DNA of 64,000 bases, from contig CAYFQT010000026.1 in the NCBI GenBank assembly GCA_964345445.1, positions 5,685 through 69,684 on the forward strand. The letters are read 5' to 3'. This document shows, one piece after another, positions 40,626-50,035 of the stretch. This DNA comes from an uncultured Candidatus Saccharibacteria bacterium. Lineage in GTDB: Bacteria; Patescibacteriota; CPR2_A; CAYFQT01. The position numbers and the translations under genes are program-made. The notes beneath the pieces were generated by a model that made no database searches, had not been told where the DNA came from, and worked only from the letters and a program-made list of their open reading frames with translations. The first letter of the stretch is position 1, and the number at the start of each line of letters is the position of its first letter.

Positions 40626-41036
40626 AGAATATTTACCGATTTCTTAAATCATAGTAGTATTTTCAGTAAATATTTTTATAACGCTTTTCTGGCGACCGTC
40701 CCGATTTTCATCATTAAAGTTTGTAAATAAAAGTAATCGAGGATCCTGACTTCCTTAAATTAAAAAGTATAAAGTCGGGACAATATATTTTTGTAATTTT
40801 AAATACCCCACTTTTCATGCCATGGCAAAATAGTTTGGTAAATTCTCATATTTCACTTTTTAAGCCATGGCACAATAGTGTTATATAGAAAACATATAAA
40901 AAAAGACCGAAGCTGTGAATATATAATAAATAACTTCGGTCCCCAACCTCTCCTGCATATTATAATCAATAATAAGTGCGGGGGATTTTTCATATAGAAG
41001 AGGTTGGGGTTTGTTCGGAATAAGATCACTTCTGTT

Positions 41037-41204
41037 CTCGCCAATATATCTCTTGTTTGTTCTGCTCAAGTTCGTTGAGTTTTTTTACACGAGACTTATC
41101 CTTAGTATCAGGATTTTTTAAATCATGATCTTCGAAGGTTAGTAAAACAACTCCTGTTCCAGGATCTATTTCTCGGTCGGTAATGGTTTCCATTTCTCCG
41201 TGCC
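41037..41204 (-). CDS. possible 55-aa small ORF downstream of the minus-strand promoter
   Basis: GGAGG 10 nt before the ATG. METITDREIDPGTGVVLLTFEDHDLKNPDTKDKSRVKKLNELEQNKQEIYWREQK. Not in the ORF track (<60 aa). Confidence 0.25.
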
Positions 41205-41344
41205 CCTCCTGACTGGGTAGTAGATTAGTACAAAGATTCTAAAGGTCTCGCAAAGTTCTGGCATTAAATCTGTCCCTCTAAACCTCACCTCCTTCTGTAT
41301 AGTAGTTTTCAGGTTGAAAAATGTTAAATTTTCAAAGAATAAAA

Positions 41345-41375
41345 CATTATAGCAAACAAAAAAGCAAAAGTCAAG
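41345..41375 (-). promoter_or_regulatory. near-consensus sigma70-type promoter on the minus strand (TTGACT-17-TATAAT)
   Basis: Reverse complement reads cTTGACTtttgcttttttgtttgcTATAATg. It lies downstream of the PBP1A terminator hairpin at 41395-41440. Confidence 0.45.
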
Positions 41376-41460
41376 GATTTTGTAAAAAAAAATAAAAAAC
41401 CACCTAGAAAAGTTTGGGTTAGGTGGTTTTATTTAATAGAAATTACATTTTGTTTTTCAA

Positions 41461-44265
41461 TTATGGGAAAGTGGTGTCGGTGGCAGAGGGGGAATAGGAA
41501 CTGTTGTTTCCAGCAGCATCATAGGCTCTCACCCGGTACCAATATTGAGTATTATTAAAAAGACCAGAATTTGGATATGAAGTACCTAAAGTAGTGTCAA
41601 TTTGTGTCCAAGGGCCACCTGCGCCTGTCATTGATCTTTCAATTATATACCCATCTACTGCAACATCATCAGTGGAAGCTCCCCAAGATAAATTAATCTG
41701 CACTTGACTTACTGCAGTTGCTGTAAGCCAAGCAGGAGCAGAAGTATCAGCGGAAACTTTAACTTTTATTTTATCTTCTGCTGAATAATTCCCTTTGTCA
41801 TATACTCGAGCTGTAAGATTATGAATTCCTGTTGCTGTAGTTGTATAAGTAGCCCCATAAGGGGAATTATAATCAGTAGCTATTGGAGTACTATCAAAAT
41901 AAAATTCTACTCTTGCAACTCCTAAAGGAGCATTCACACTAGCAGTAATTGTAATTGGATTACTTACAGTAGTTCCATTGGCAGGTGAAGTAATGGAAAT
42001 AGTAGGTTTATTGCCGCCTGTGTGAATGTCACAATCTTCTTCTGGAGCATAATTGCCCCCTCCATGACTGTAACCCCAAGACTTTACTGGTTTCTCCCAA
42101 TTATTATATTGGGGATCATCCTGGGGATTTTTGGGTATAGGGCCTAAAGGATTTTCTATATCAACATAATGCAGAATGCAATGGGCTTCAGAGAATTCTT
42201 TTTCTTGGACAACCTCAGAAGGACATTGATCTGTTGCTTTTTTGCCAGATGTTGTGCAGATTTTAATTTTTTCACCCTGAGCGCCAGTTTTCCCTTTAAT
42301 AACTTTTTTGTCACTTGTACTTCCTTTTAATTTATAAGACTTATTGAAACTTTCTGAAGGCATTCCGGATAAAGCTTTTTCCATATATTCATGCCAAGCA
42401 GGAGCAGCAGCATAAATCCCTGCGGCTCCTTTCCTCATTACAGAATTGTCATTATTGCCTGCCCAAACTCCACAGGATAGATTGGGGGTATAACCAACAG
42501 TCCAAGCATCTCTATATTCTTCAGTGGTTCCTGTTTTGGCAGCAGCTTCTCGAGACAATCTCAAAGATGATGAAGAACCAAAAGCAGGTGCTCTAGCATT
42601 ATTGTCCGAAAGAACATCATTTATGGCCCGGGCAACATTTTCATCTAAAACTTTTTCTCCTCTGTCTTTATATTCTTCTATAATCTTACCATTGGGATCT
42701 TCAATTTTTAAAATAGGTGTTTTTTGGTGTTTTATACCTTCTGTAGCAAAGGTGGACATTGAAGCAGTATGATCTAGAAGTTTAACTTCACCGCCGCCTA
42801 AAACCAAAGAAAGTCCATAGCGGGAAGGCTCTCCTAGTGTGGTGATTCCCATTTTATGGGCTGTTGATAAAGCATCCTCCATTCCTACTAAATATAAAGT
42901 TTTTACAGCAGGTATGTTTAAAGAACGGGCTAGAGCATCTTTCATTGAAACTGGTCCTGACTGGCTTAGGTCATAATTTTTTGGTTTATAATTGTTGCCA
43001 AAATCAGTATTTAAGTCAAATAATGTTGTATCAGGCGTATATCCTTTTTCAAATGCTGCAGCATATATATAGGGTTTCATAGATGAACCTGGCTGGCGAT
43101 CACGAGTAGTAACATTAACATTGCCGTCAATATCTTTATTCCAATAATCTCGGGAGCCAATCATAGCTAAAATTTGACCAGTTTTGGGGTCAGTGGATAC
43201 CAAAGCAGTATTGGAAGCCCCCCAAGAGGAGGCATTTTTGTTTCCATATTTGGTTACAACTTCTTCAGCTATAGCTTGTTTTTGAGGGTCTAATGTGGTT
43301 GTTACTTTCAGTCCCCCTTCTTCCACCATTTTTTCTCCATATTTTTCTACTAATATTTCCCTTACATACATTACAAAATGGGGGGATGATATACTTTCTC
43401 TTTGTTCTGAAAAAACTATTTTTGTTGCTTTTGCTCCCTCGGCCTCCTCACGGGTTATATACCCTTGCTCTACCATTTTGTCTAAGATGATATTTTTTCT
43501 TGCTTCCAGTTCATCAGTATGAGTGCCATAAGGAGAATAATAAGTGGGTGCTTTTGGTAAGGCAGCAAGTAAAGTACATTCAGGGAGATTTAAATTTTGG
43601 GCTTTCTTTCCAAAGAAAGTTTGAGCAGCTGCCTCAACCCCATAAGCACTGGAGCCATAAGGAATTTCATTAAGATACATTTTCAGAATATCATCTTTAG
43701 AATATATCATTTCAATTTCAATAGAGAGAATTAATTCTTTGATTTTTCTGGAGAAAGTTCTTTCAGGAGTTAAGATAGCATTTTTCACAAACTGTTGGGT
43801 GATGGTACTTCCACCCTGCATTTTTTGTTTATGGGTGATGTTGTATAAACCCGCTCGGGCAATCCCCCTGATATCAAAACCATGATGTCGATAAAAATCC
43901 TTATCTTCAATAGCCACAGTAGCATCTTTGATATATTGAGGCATTTGGTCAAAATCAATTAAAGTTCTTTTTTTATCCCCGTGAATTTCATATAAGAGAT
44001 TTCCCTCACGATCAAAGATTTGGGTTGATTGAGCAATAGTTCGGGCATTAATTTTATTAGGAGAAGGAAGATCTTTAGCAAACCAGGCAAAGAGCAGAAT
44101 TATAAGCAATAAAAGACCAACCCCAGAATACAAAACAACTCTTTTGAAATTTCTCCAGGTAAGATATCTCCTGAAGTTTTTTAAAGCCCCAGCCTTTTTG
44201 CTCACCTTAAGTTGGCTTAATTTTGCCAATGCTTTGGATTTTTTGTAATCTGACATATTGTTCAC
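41461..44265 (-). CDS. class A penicillin-binding protein (PBP1A: transglycosylase + transpeptidase) with C-terminal Big/FN3-like domains
   Basis: GT51 motifs (EDKDFYRHHG, GGSTITQQ). Transpeptidase motifs SSMKP, SLN and KTGT. C-terminal beta-sandwich repeats. N-terminal TM. Confidence 0.9.
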   Translation of the reverse strand: MNNMSDYKKSKALAKLSQLKVSKKAGALKNFRRYLTWRNFKRVVLYSGVGLLLLIILLFAWFAKDLPSPNKINARTIAQSTQIFDREGNLLYEIHGDKKRTLIDFDQMPQYIKDATVAIEDKDFYRHHGFDIRGIARAGLYNITHKQKMQGGSTITQQFVKNAILTPERTFSRKIKELILSIEIEMIYSKDDILKMYLNEIPYGSSAYGVEAAAQTFFGKKAQNLNLPECTLLAALPKAPTYYSPYGTHTDELEARKNIILDKMVEQGYITREEAEGAKATKIVFSEQRESISSPHFVMYVREILVEKYGEKMVEEGGLKVTTTLDPQKQAIAEEVVTKYGNKNASSWGASNTALVSTDPKTGQILAMIGSRDYWNKDIDGNVNVTTRDRQPGSSMKPYIYAAAFEKGYTPDTTLFDLNTDFGNNYKPKNYDLSQSGPVSMKDALARSLNIPAVKTLYLVGMEDALSTAHKMGITTLGEPSRYGLSLVLGGGEVKLLDHTASMSTFATEGIKHQKTPILKIEDPNGKIIEEYKDRGEKVLDENVARAINDVLSDNNARAPAFGSSSSLRLSREAAAKTGTTEEYRDAWTVGYTPNLSCGVWAGNNDNSVMRKGAAGIYAAAPAWHEYMEKALSGMPSESFNKSYKLKGSTSDKKVIKGKTGAQGEKIKICTTSGKKATDQCPSEVVQEKEFSEAHCILHYVDIENPLGPIPKNPQDDPQYNNWEKPVKSWGYSHGGGNYAPEEDCDIHTGGNKPTISITSPANGTTVSNPITITASVNAPLGVARVEFYFDSTPIATDYNSPYGATYTTTATGIHNLTARVYDKGNYSAEDKIKVKVSADTSAPAWLTATAVSQVQINLSWGASTDDVAVDGYIIERSMTGAGGPWTQIDTTLGTSYPNSGLFNNTQYWYRVRAYDAAGNNSSYSPSATDTTFP

Positions 44266-44516
44266 CTTGTGTTAAGTCAACCTAAATTATATCAAAAATG
44301 TGAGAATGTTCAAGATGTTGGAAAAAAGACACGAATGTCACACGAATAAGATAGCACGAGTTTAACACGAATCTAGAAAGTTGTTCAAGTTGTTCAAATT
44401 GTTCTATCCTCCACCCTCGATAAACTCGGAGTCAATTGTTCAATTGGTCTCTGGTCTTGTTTTATTTGTAATTAATTCGTAACTAATGATATACTAAAGA
44501 AAGGAGGGAGTTTGTT

Positions 44517-45707
44517 ATGTCTTCTAACATCAAAGAACTTTTAACTAGAGGAGTAGAGGAAGTAATTGTCAGTAAAGATTTGGAAAAGAAATTAAAATCA
44601 GGAAAAAAATTACGGGTGAAATTTGGAATTGATCCCACTTCTCCTTATATTCATTTAGGTACATCAGTGCCTTTGTGGAAATTGAAGGAATTTCAGGACT
44701 TGGGTCATCAAATTATTTTGATTATTGGTGATTTTACAGGTCAAATAGGTGATACTTCAGATAAACTGGCTGAAAGAAGACAGCTTTCTAAAAAAGAAGT
44801 AGATAGAAACATGAAGACCTATAAAGAACAAATAGGCAAAATTTTAGATATTAACAAGACAGAATTTTTATATAATAGTTCATGGTTTTCTTCCATGTCT
44901 TTTTCTGAAGTATTAAAATTAGCTTCTTTATTTACAGTTGCTAAGATGATAGAAAGAGAAAATTTTAAAGATAGATTTAAAAAAGAAAAAACAATTGGCC
45001 TTCAAGAATTTATCTATCCTTTAATGCAAGGATATGATTCAGTAGTTGTAAAGGCAGATGTAGAAATAGGAGGGACTGACCAAACATTTAACATGTTAGC
45101 AGGTAGAACCGTTCAACAGGCTTATGGGCAAAAACCTCAACAGGTTGTAATTTTGACTTTAATTGAAGGAACAGATGGCGAGAAAATGAGCAAAACTTTA
45201 AACAATGTGATTAATATTAAGGAAAAACCAGATCAAATGTATGGCAAATTAATGTCTATTCGGGATGAATTGATCATAAAATATTTAACTTTATGCACTA
45301 GAGTTTCTACGGGCCAAATTACCAGAATTGAAAATGGACTGAAAAAAGGAAAAAATCCTCGTGATGCTAAAGCAAAGTTAGCTTATGAAATTGTTAAACT
45401 TTATCAAGGGGAAAAGAAAGCTTTAGAAGCTCAAAAAGAATTTGACAAAGTCTTTGCCAAAAAAGAAAAACCAAGTAAAATTCCCGAAGTGGAGGTACCC
45501 AAAAAGTGTGACGAGCTTATAGATTTACTTACAATTTGCAAATTAGCTTCTTCCAAATCAGAAGCACGGAGATTGATTCAGCAGGGCGGAGTGAAAGTTG
45601 ATAATGCAAAGATTGTTGATACTAAAGCCAAAATCTGTCTCCATGAAGGTATGATTATTCAAGTAGGGAAGAGAAAATTTGTGAAGATAAAGATAACCAA
45701 TAGATAA
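44517..45707 (+). CDS. tyrS: tyrosyl-tRNA synthetase
   Basis: HIGH-like HLGT, KMSKT motif and a C-terminal S4 domain (SKSEARRLIQQGGVKVDN). Confidence 0.85.
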   Translation: MSSNIKELLTRGVEEVIVSKDLEKKLKSGKKLRVKFGIDPTSPYIHLGTSVPLWKLKEFQDLGHQIILIIGDFTGQIGDTSDKLAERRQLSKKEVDRNMKTYKEQIGKILDINKTEFLYNSSWFSSMSFSEVLKLASLFTVAKMIERENFKDRFKKEKTIGLQEFIYPLMQGYDSVVVKADVEIGGTDQTFNMLAGRTVQQAYGQKPQQVVILTLIEGTDGEKMSKTLNNVINIKEKPDQMYGKLMSIRDELIIKYLTLCTRVSTGQITRIENGLKKGKNPRDAKAKLAYEIVKLYQGEKKALEAQKEFDKVFAKKEKPSKIPEVEVPKKCDELIDLLTICKLASSKSEARRLIQQGGVKVDNAKIVDTKAKICLHEGMIIQVGKRKFVKIKITNR

Positions 45708-45846
45708 ACGGTTAGGGTTACGGTTACGAAGTTGGTATCGAAATTCGGTTAAGGTTACGTGAATTTTTTGTAGACGAACTTCGTAACCCTCAGACGATAC
45801 GCACTTCCTAACCGTAACCGAAAGACGTAACCTTAATATTAATACT

Positions 45847-48066
45847 ATGAAACTTTCTACTCCTGTTTTCAAGCTCACTGGAGTAGGTGAGAAATATTTA
45901 GAGAAATTGCACAACCTGGGCATAAAAAGAGTCGAGGATCTTCTTTTTTATTTCCCTAGAAAATATAATGATTTCAGCCAAATTATTCCTATTAATAAAA
46001 TACAATTAAAAGAGATAGCTACAGTTTGTGGAACTATTTGGGAAATTAAAAATCAAAGAACATATAAAAAGAAAATGATGATTACCACAGCAACCATAGC
46101 AGATAATTCCGGAACCATAAAAGCTATTTGGTATAGACAGCCTTATTTGACTAATAGTCTTAAACAAGGTTATGAAGTTATATTTTCTGGAAAAGTAGAA
46201 GAGGATAAGGGAAAACTAATTTTTCAAAATCCAATTTATGAAGTTGTTAAAGATGTTCAAAATGTTAGCAAAAAACAATTACAGCAAGCTTGCCCCTATA
46301 TCCATCGGGACAAGCAATCGAACAAACATAGTGATCGAACAAGCTTGCCCCAAAAACCTTCGGAGTGGGCGATTGAACAACTTACTCATGTTGGCAGAAT
46401 TGTTCCTTCCTATTCGGAAACAGAGGGTTTAACTTCCCGTTGGCTTCGATATAAAATTAAGCCTCTTTTATATTTAGTAGAACAAATAGAAGACTATTTA
46501 CCTTCTGAAGTTAAAAAAAATCAGAATCTAATAGATTTATCGCAGGCGATAAAACAGATTCATTTTCCGGAAAATCATAATTTACTTAAAAAGGCTAAAA
46601 AAAGACTTAGTTTTGACGAGCTTTTTTTAATTCAAGTAAATAATTTGAAACAAAAGATTAATTGGCAAAAGGAAAAAGGCGTGGCTTGTAAATTTGATGA
46701 AAGGCTAACTCGAAAATTTGTTTTAAGCCTGCCTTTTGATTTGACTTTAGATCAAAAAAAAGCAGCTTGGGAAATTCTCCGTGATTTACAGAAATCAATT
46801 CCTTCAAACAGACTTTTGGAAGGAGAAGTAGGCTCAGGAAAAACTGTTGTAGCAGTTATTGCTATGCTTTCAGTAATTAAAAATGGAATGCAAGTAGCCT
46901 TTATGGCTCCCACAGAAATTTTAGCTCAGCAACATTACAAAAAAATCAGTTCTTATCTTGCTCCTTTTAGAATAAAAATTGCTTTACTTTTAGGAAGCAC
47001 TAAAAAGAAAGAAAAAGAAAAAATCCGAAAGCAGATTGAAAAAGGCAAGGTAGATTTAGTTATAGGAACTCATGCTTTGATTCAAGACTACAACCCACCC
47101 ACCACATCCTCCCGTCCCGACAAATCGGGACGGGCCCCTAAAATTAATTTTAAAAACTTAGCTTTGGCTATAATTGATGAACAACATCGTTTTGGTGTTG
47201 CCCAAAGAGCTGCTCTGCGGGAAAAGTCAGGTGATAAGCATAGTCCTCATCTTTTGACTATGACAGCCACTCCTATTCCTCGCACACTAGCTTTGGCTTT
47301 ATATGGTGATTTAGATTTGTCTATAATTTCTGAACTTCCTCCGGGGCGACAGAAAGTTATCACCCAACTGGTTAAACCTCAACAAAGAGAAAAAGCCTAT
47401 AAGTTTGTCAAAGACCAGATAAGGAGAGGAAGACAGGCTTTTGTTATTTGTCCTTTAATTGAAGAATCAGATAAATTGGGAGTGAAATCAGTAACTTTAG
47501 AATATGAAAAGTTGTCTAAGAAAATTTTCCCTGATTTAAATATTAGAATGTTACATGGTAAGCTTAGATCAAAAGAAAAAGAAAAGATAATGGGCGATTT
47601 TGTCCGGGGTGAAATAAATATTTTAGTTTCTACTTCTGTTGTGGAAGTAGGAATTGATGTGCCAAATGCTACAGTTATGGTTATTGAAGGGGCAGAAAGA
47701 TTTGGCTTGGCTCAATTACATCAATTCAGAGGACGAGTAGGACGAAGTAAATTTAAATCCTATTGTTTTTTGTTTACTGAATCAAAAACTAAGAAAATTT
47801 TTGCTCGACTTTATACATTAGTTAAGTCTTATGATGGATTTAGACTAGCTGAAGCAGATCTGAGAATTAGAGGACCGGGAGAAATTTACGGTATGAGACA
47901 ACATGGTATTCCAGACTTGAGAATGGCTTCTTTACAAGATGTAGATTTGATTAAAAAAGCAAGGGAAGAAGCAGAGAAATTATTAGGGGAGGACCCCCAA
48001 CTTGAAAAACATCCAAAATTGATTTCAGAAATAGAAAAGTTTGTAACAATTAGGCATCTGGAATAG
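45847..48066 (+). CDS. recG: ATP-dependent DNA helicase RecG, with two in-frame repeat/hairpin insertions
   Basis: Wedge/OB domain and helicase motifs (GEVGSGKT, DEQHRFG, TATPIPRT, QLHQFRGRVGR). 739 aa. Confidence 0.9.
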   Translation: MKLSTPVFKLTGVGEKYLEKLHNLGIKRVEDLLFYFPRKYNDFSQIIPINKIQLKEIATVCGTIWEIKNQRTYKKKMMITTATIADNSGTIKAIWYRQPYLTNSLKQGYEVIFSGKVEEDKGKLIFQNPIYEVVKDVQNVSKKQLQQACPYIHRDKQSNKHSDRTSLPQKPSEWAIEQLTHVGRIVPSYSETEGLTSRWLRYKIKPLLYLVEQIEDYLPSEVKKNQNLIDLSQAIKQIHFPENHNLLKKAKKRLSFDELFLIQVNNLKQKINWQKEKGVACKFDERLTRKFVLSLPFDLTLDQKKAAWEILRDLQKSIPSNRLLEGEVGSGKTVVAVIAMLSVIKNGMQVAFMAPTEILAQQHYKKISSYLAPFRIKIALLLGSTKKKEKEKIRKQIEKGKVDLVIGTHALIQDYNPPTTSSRPDKSGRAPKINFKNLALAIIDEQHRFGVAQRAALREKSGDKHSPHLLTMTATPIPRTLALALYGDLDLSIISELPPGRQKVITQLVKPQQREKAYKFVKDQIRRGRQAFVICPLIEESDKLGVKSVTLEYEKLSKKIFPDLNIRMLHGKLRSKEKEKIMGDFVRGEINILVSTSVVEVGIDVPNATVMVIEGAERFGLAQLHQFRGRVGRSKFKSYCFLFTESKTKKIFARLYTLVKSYDGFRLAEADLRIRGPGEIYGMRQHGIPDLRMASLQDVDLIKKAREEAEKLLGEDPQLEKHPKLISEIEKFVTIRHLE

Positions 48067-48076
48067 GAGGATATTT

Positions 48077-48574
48077 ATGGTTAATTCAGAAAAAGGGGAA
48101 AGAATAGTTATCCCTTATGAAATTAAACAACAGATTTTTTCTCATTTAAGTCCAAAAATTAAAAACAATACAGTTTTAGATATTTACTCTGATGGATCAT
48201 TAGGAATTGCCAGTTTAAATAAAGGAGCCCAAAAAGTAGAGTTTGTAGAGTCTGATCCTCAAAAGTGTAATTTAATTAGAAAAAAAATAAGTCAATTGAA
48301 TTTTTTGGGAACATCCAGAGTTTTTGAAGTTACAGCCTATGAATTTTCTGAGGTTGTAACATCTAAATATGATTTAATATTTGCTTTTTTACCTAAAGGA
48401 GAGTTAAATTTAGATATAATTAAAAAATTAGCTAAGGTATTGAAGAAAAATGGGCTTTTGGTTTATAGCTGTTCTTTAGAAAGAAGTTTTCCAGATAATT
48501 TTGATCATACAAGAAGTATAAAAAAAATAAATTTTGGAAATATGAAAGTGATTTTTATCCATAAATATCAATAG
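48077..48574 (+). CDS. RsmD-like RNA methyltransferase (class I SAM MTase fold)
   Basis: VLDIYSDGSLGIASLNKGAQKVEFVESD resembles the RsmD motif I/II region. 165 aa. Confidence 0.5.
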   Translation: MVNSEKGERIVIPYEIKQQIFSHLSPKIKNNTVLDIYSDGSLGIASLNKGAQKVEFVESDPQKCNLIRKKISQLNFLGTSRVFEVTAYEFSEVVTSKYDLIFAFLPKGELNLDIIKKLAKVLKKNGLLVYSCSLERSFPDNFDHTRSIKKINFGNMKVIFIHKYQ

Positions 48575-48753
48575 TTACGAAAAACGTTTGACTTTATAGG
48601 AAATACGTTAGGATATAGGAAACTCATTTATCGTCTTTAGAAAAACATAAGGAAGCAGGAAACTGGAATGTGAATTTTTTCAAGTTTCTATGTACAATTA
48701 TCTAAGTCGTTTTTTGTCAAACGGACAACGAGTTTCTTTTTTAAAAATCTGTT

Positions 48754-49365
48754 TTGTTGAATTACTACAATTGTATATTTGAAGGAATTTTTATGTATTT
48801 TATTCAAAAGTTTATCCAAAAATATCAAACTCAAATAGGAATTTTTTTGATAATCTTGATAGCAATAGGTGGGGGAATAATTTTATTTTCTTATCAAAGA
48901 CCTGAACCTGTTGAGATTAAAGAAGCTGAAAGCAGTCAAGAAATTAAAGTAGATATAGAAGGAGCAGTGGAACATCCAGGTGTCTATACTTTCTATCAAG
49001 GAGATAGAGTAGAGGATGCTATCTTTGCTGCTGGTCCAAAAGAAGATGCTGATTTATCCAAAGTAGAGATGAGTTTAGCAGCAAAACTTATAGATGGGCA
49101 AAGGATAATTGTACCCAGTCGAGAAGAGGTAGCAGGTATTACAACAAGTTCTTCAGTAAGTTCCTCGGAAGGAAAAATTAATATTAATACTGCTTCTTTG
49201 GGTGAGTTAGATACTCTGCCTGGAATAGGGGAGAAGACAGCACAAAAGATTATTGACTGGCGGGATACTTATGGAGGATTTAGAACTATCGAGGATATTA
49301 AAGATGTTAAAGGAATAGGAGATAAGAAATTTGAAGATATGAAAGATTATATAACTGTGTATTAG
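48754..49365 (+). CDS. comEA: ComEA-like competence protein (SLBB + tandem helix-hairpin-helix)
   Basis: N-terminal TM. INTASLGELDTLPGIGEKTAQKIIDWRDTYGGFRTIEDIKDVKGIGDKKFEDMK is the HhH DNA-binding module. Confidence 0.7.
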   Translation: MLNYYNCIFEGIFMYFIQKFIQKYQTQIGIFLIILIAIGGGIILFSYQRPEPVEIKEAESSQEIKVDIEGAVEHPGVYTFYQGDRVEDAIFAAGPKEDADLSKVEMSLAAKLIDGQRIIVPSREEVAGITTSSSVSSSEGKININTASLGELDTLPGIGEKTAQKIIDWRDTYGGFRTIEDIKDVKGIGDKKFEDMKDYITVY

Positions 49366-49394
49366 CGATTAGCACATAGCGAATAGCAATTTTA

Positions 49395-49506
49395 TTCTTC
49401 GGGGTGAAATTGGAAGCCAATGCGACATGGGCGGGTGGCGACAATTTTATAAATTGGATCGTAGCCGAAGGCGGAGATCAGTTTGGTAGACATGTCCCGA
49501 AGATGT
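49395..49506 (+). ncRNA. GC-rich structured RNA domain immediately 5' of tRNA-Leu(TAG). Function unknown.
   Basis: The closing helix UCUUCGGG (49395-49403) pairs with CCCGAAGA (49496-49503). The interior is GC-rich in an AT-rich genome. A tmRNA-like 5' motif GGGG...CGAC-A-GGG is also present. Confidence 0.3.
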
Positions 49507-49596
49507 GCGGGCGTGGCGGAATTTGGAAGACGCGCGTGGCTTAGGACCACGTTCCCATTTATGGGATTGGAGGTTCAAGTCCTCCCGCCCGCACCA
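49507..49596 (+). tRNA. tRNA-Leu (anticodon TAG), type II, with encoded CCA
   Basis: Acceptor GCGGGCG/CGCCCGC + A + CCA. Anticodon stem CGTGG/CCACG with loop ctTAGga, variable hairpin CCCAT-tt-ATGGG, T-loop TTCAAGT. Confidence 0.85.
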
Positions 49597-49644
49597 TTGG
49601 GATACCCAAAAGGCATAGAGGTTCAAATCCTCTCACCGGCACCA
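49597..49644 (+). other. tRNA 3' fragment (variable-arm hairpin + T-arm + acceptor 3' strand + CCA) abutting tRNA-Leu
   Basis: TTGGG-ata-CCCAA, then AGAGGTTCAAATCCTCT, then CACCGGC-A-CCA. No matching 5' acceptor strand was found. A terminator hairpin GACC..GGTC + T7 follows at 49663-49686. Confidence 0.4.
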
Positions 49645-49727
49645 TAAAAATATAATTTAAAATGACCTAAGCGGTCTTTTTTTATTCCTAAAATCCTTGA
49701 CAAATAACCTATTTTAGGATATAATTA

Positions 49728-49867
49728 AGTAATTACATTTGAAAATATAATCAAAGATTACTTAATTACGCTTAAGCTGTGCGAAAGCACTAATTAGATA
49801 ATTACATTTGAAAATATAATCAAAAATTACTTAATTACGCTGGATTAAAATGTAAGCACTAATTGGG
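49728..49867. repeat. tandem direct repeat of about 70 bp (2 copies) containing TAATTAC/GTAATTA motifs
   Basis: TAATTACATTTGAAAATATAATCAAAGATTACTTAATTACGC...AGCACTAATT recurs at 49800 with one mismatch in the first 42 bp. Confidence 0.7.
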
Positions 49868-50035
49868 TAATTAAGTTCAAATTGTTCAATCGCTCGTTTC
49901 ACTTGTTGTTCAAAATGTTAACCAATAACATCAGCGCAAATCCGCGGCATAAAAATCCGCGTAAATCAGCTTTTTGTAATATCAGCGTAATCTGTGTTAT
50001 ACAAAAATAAACATCAAAAATAAAGGAAAAACAAA

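Noticed and set aside
49395-49646. Possibility that the whole region is a tmRNA (ssrA)
   Set aside because: The 5' GGGG...CGAC motif and a CCA-terminated T-arm are suggestive, but the putative acceptor strands do not pair (GGGGTGA vs CACCGGC). A complete canonical tRNA-Leu sits in the middle, and no ...ALAA-type tag frame was found. Kept only as a hypothesis to test with ARAGORN.
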